Both the position numbers and the translations under genes were made by a program. A model generated the notes under the pieces. That model was not told the origin of the DNA. It did not search any database and saw only the letters and a program-made list of their open reading frames with translations. Of a DNA stretch of 64,000 nucleotides, positions 62,603-64,000 are shown piece after piece. How positions within the stretch are numbered: position 1 is the first letter of the stretch; each line of letters begins with the position of its first letter. Origin of the DNA: Pristiophorus japonicus (Eukaryota); contig NC_091980.1 of assembly GCF_044704955.1 (NCBI RefSeq), forward strand, positions 41,602,001 through 41,666,000. The letters are read 5' to 3'.

Positions 62603-62839
62603 TTTTTTTTTAATTCGTAGCCAATCGTTCCAATTCTTTGTCAAATCACAAACGCCAGAGGTCACCTTGCACACGCCAAGGATCACTCTGCGCCAATGCT
62701 CTTAGCCAAAAGGCCTAGAGCCACTGCACCGTTCCTGGAAGTACTGCAATACCAGGTTCGTGCCATGGAGGTGGATGGGTCAGGTCCCCCACACACCTCC
62801 GTGGAGGTGGATGGGTCAAGCCACCCCACCCACCTCCTG
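62603..62839 (-). mobile_element. Poly(A)-tailed retroposon built from rearranged U2 snRNA segments
   Basis: 13-bp TSD TCAATGCATACAT (62590-62602 and 62840-62852); A10 tail; contains acctggtattgcagtacttccaggaacggtgca and ggccttttggctaaga. Confidence 0.85.
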
Positions 62840-63590
62840 TCAATGCATACATGTTATAGTGAGTTAGGTACTAAAGCTGTCAAATTAAGGCGATTGGCAA
62901 AAGAACCAAAACTGGCAAAAGAACCAAACTTTAAAAAAAACTTTACGCAGCGAATGATCGGAAATGCAGTGCCCGAAAGGGTGGCGGAGGCAGATTCGAT
63001 TACTGCTTTCTAAGGAGTTAGATAAGTACATGGCGAAACATTTGCAGGGCTACGGGGAAAGGATTAGCCGAAGTTCTCTTGCAGAGCTGGATCAGAGGGA
63101 GGCTTTAAATTGAATATCTTAATGACCTCGCATCCAACGCGAAATCCGTTTGGTACAGTTGACAACTCCTGTACCATCACTGCGACAATAAATATCATCC
63201 TGTGCCCCGCTCCAGAAATCTACAAAGTCACAGCATAGAAAAATGGCAATTGGAACAGGAAATACGTCGGCCAGGCAGCATTGGCCTGAAACGTTAACTT
63301 TCTCTGCCCACAGATGCTGCCGAATCTGCTGAGTATTTCAAGCAGTCTCCCTTCCATTTCAGATTGCCAGCAACCGCAGTATTTTGCATTGGATAGAAAA
63401 ATGGCAAACATAAAACTCGGTGACACGCGATATATCGCAAGCGATCCGCGACAGCAACTTTAAAAACACGGGCAATATATTTGCTAAAGTCATTTAAAAA
63501 ACCAGCACCTTGTAAACAAGGCGACTTTGGAAGATTGATTCTTCTAATATGTCGTTTGAAACATGAGGCTACACTGAAATCGGACCTTAC

Positions 63591-63930
63591 CCTCCGTATC
63601 GCGGGATTCGGCTCGTGGCGTTAATAACCTCACGGTATTATACCGGTGATCAGTCGGTCTTTTGGGAACTCCGTCCTGCGTTGCGGACATAGTGTAGAAT
63701 CTTTTCATATACTTCAGATACTTTGCATCGGGTTTTGTCGGAACCCGGTAGTCCCAGCCATTCTTGTCCATTAACAATTTTAACAGAGGAACCAGATTAT
63801 AATCCTCAGGATTTTGGATTACCTCCAGGCTGCTGGAGCTGGTTGGAGTGGTGGGAGAGGTGGAACTGCTCAACAACGCTAGCCAAATACTGCAGCGAAG
63901 ACACAAAAGGACACCTTTCACAACACACAT
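63591..63930 (-). CDS. GDF9: GDF9 exon 1
   Basis: Signal peptide, LVPLLKLL, LKYMKRFY..ATQDGVPK..YNTVRLLTP prodomain motifs; donor G|gtaagg, phase 1 matches exon 2; 429 aa total. Confidence 0.95.
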
Positions 63931-64000
63931 AGTTCTTCAAACAGCGACTAGCCCAACACACTCAACAAAAGATACTCAGCTCAATAGAATTAAAGTCACT

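Noticed and set aside
62696-62839. Functional U2 snRNA gene
   Set aside because: Segments are out of order, the Sm site and branch-recognition sequence are missing, and the poly(A) tail and TSD show a retroposed insert.

Overview
Repeat-dense vertebrate genomic DNA. It is most likely from a cartilaginous fish (shark), inferred from the CR1/HER1-type LINE, DeuSINE, Harbinger and Mag-type Gypsy content. Three spliced host genes lie on the minus strand. LEAP2 has 3 coding exons (36310-38502, 80 aa) and is not visible as a correct ORF in the track. UQCRQ has 2 coding exons (47223-48227, 82 aa), with a probable non-coding exon 1 and CpG-rich promoter near 56.1 kb. GDF9 has 2 exons (61594-63930, 429 aa). 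The left 36 kb is a stack of nested retroelements: two near full-length CR1 LINEs, four Gypsy LTR retrotransposons and solo LTRs, most with readable target-site duplications (TSDs). The right half holds a decayed PIF/Harbinger transposon, two MITEs, DeuSINEs, an RTE LINE and a short element family sharing the RTE tail. The most unusual object is a ~237-bp poly(A)-tailed retroposon with a 13-bp TSD in the GDF9 intron. It is built from U2 snRNA modules in rearranged order (stem-loop III-like x2, stem-loop IV, then the U2 5' stem-loop I). Coordinates were read by hand; boundaries of old repeats are approximate.
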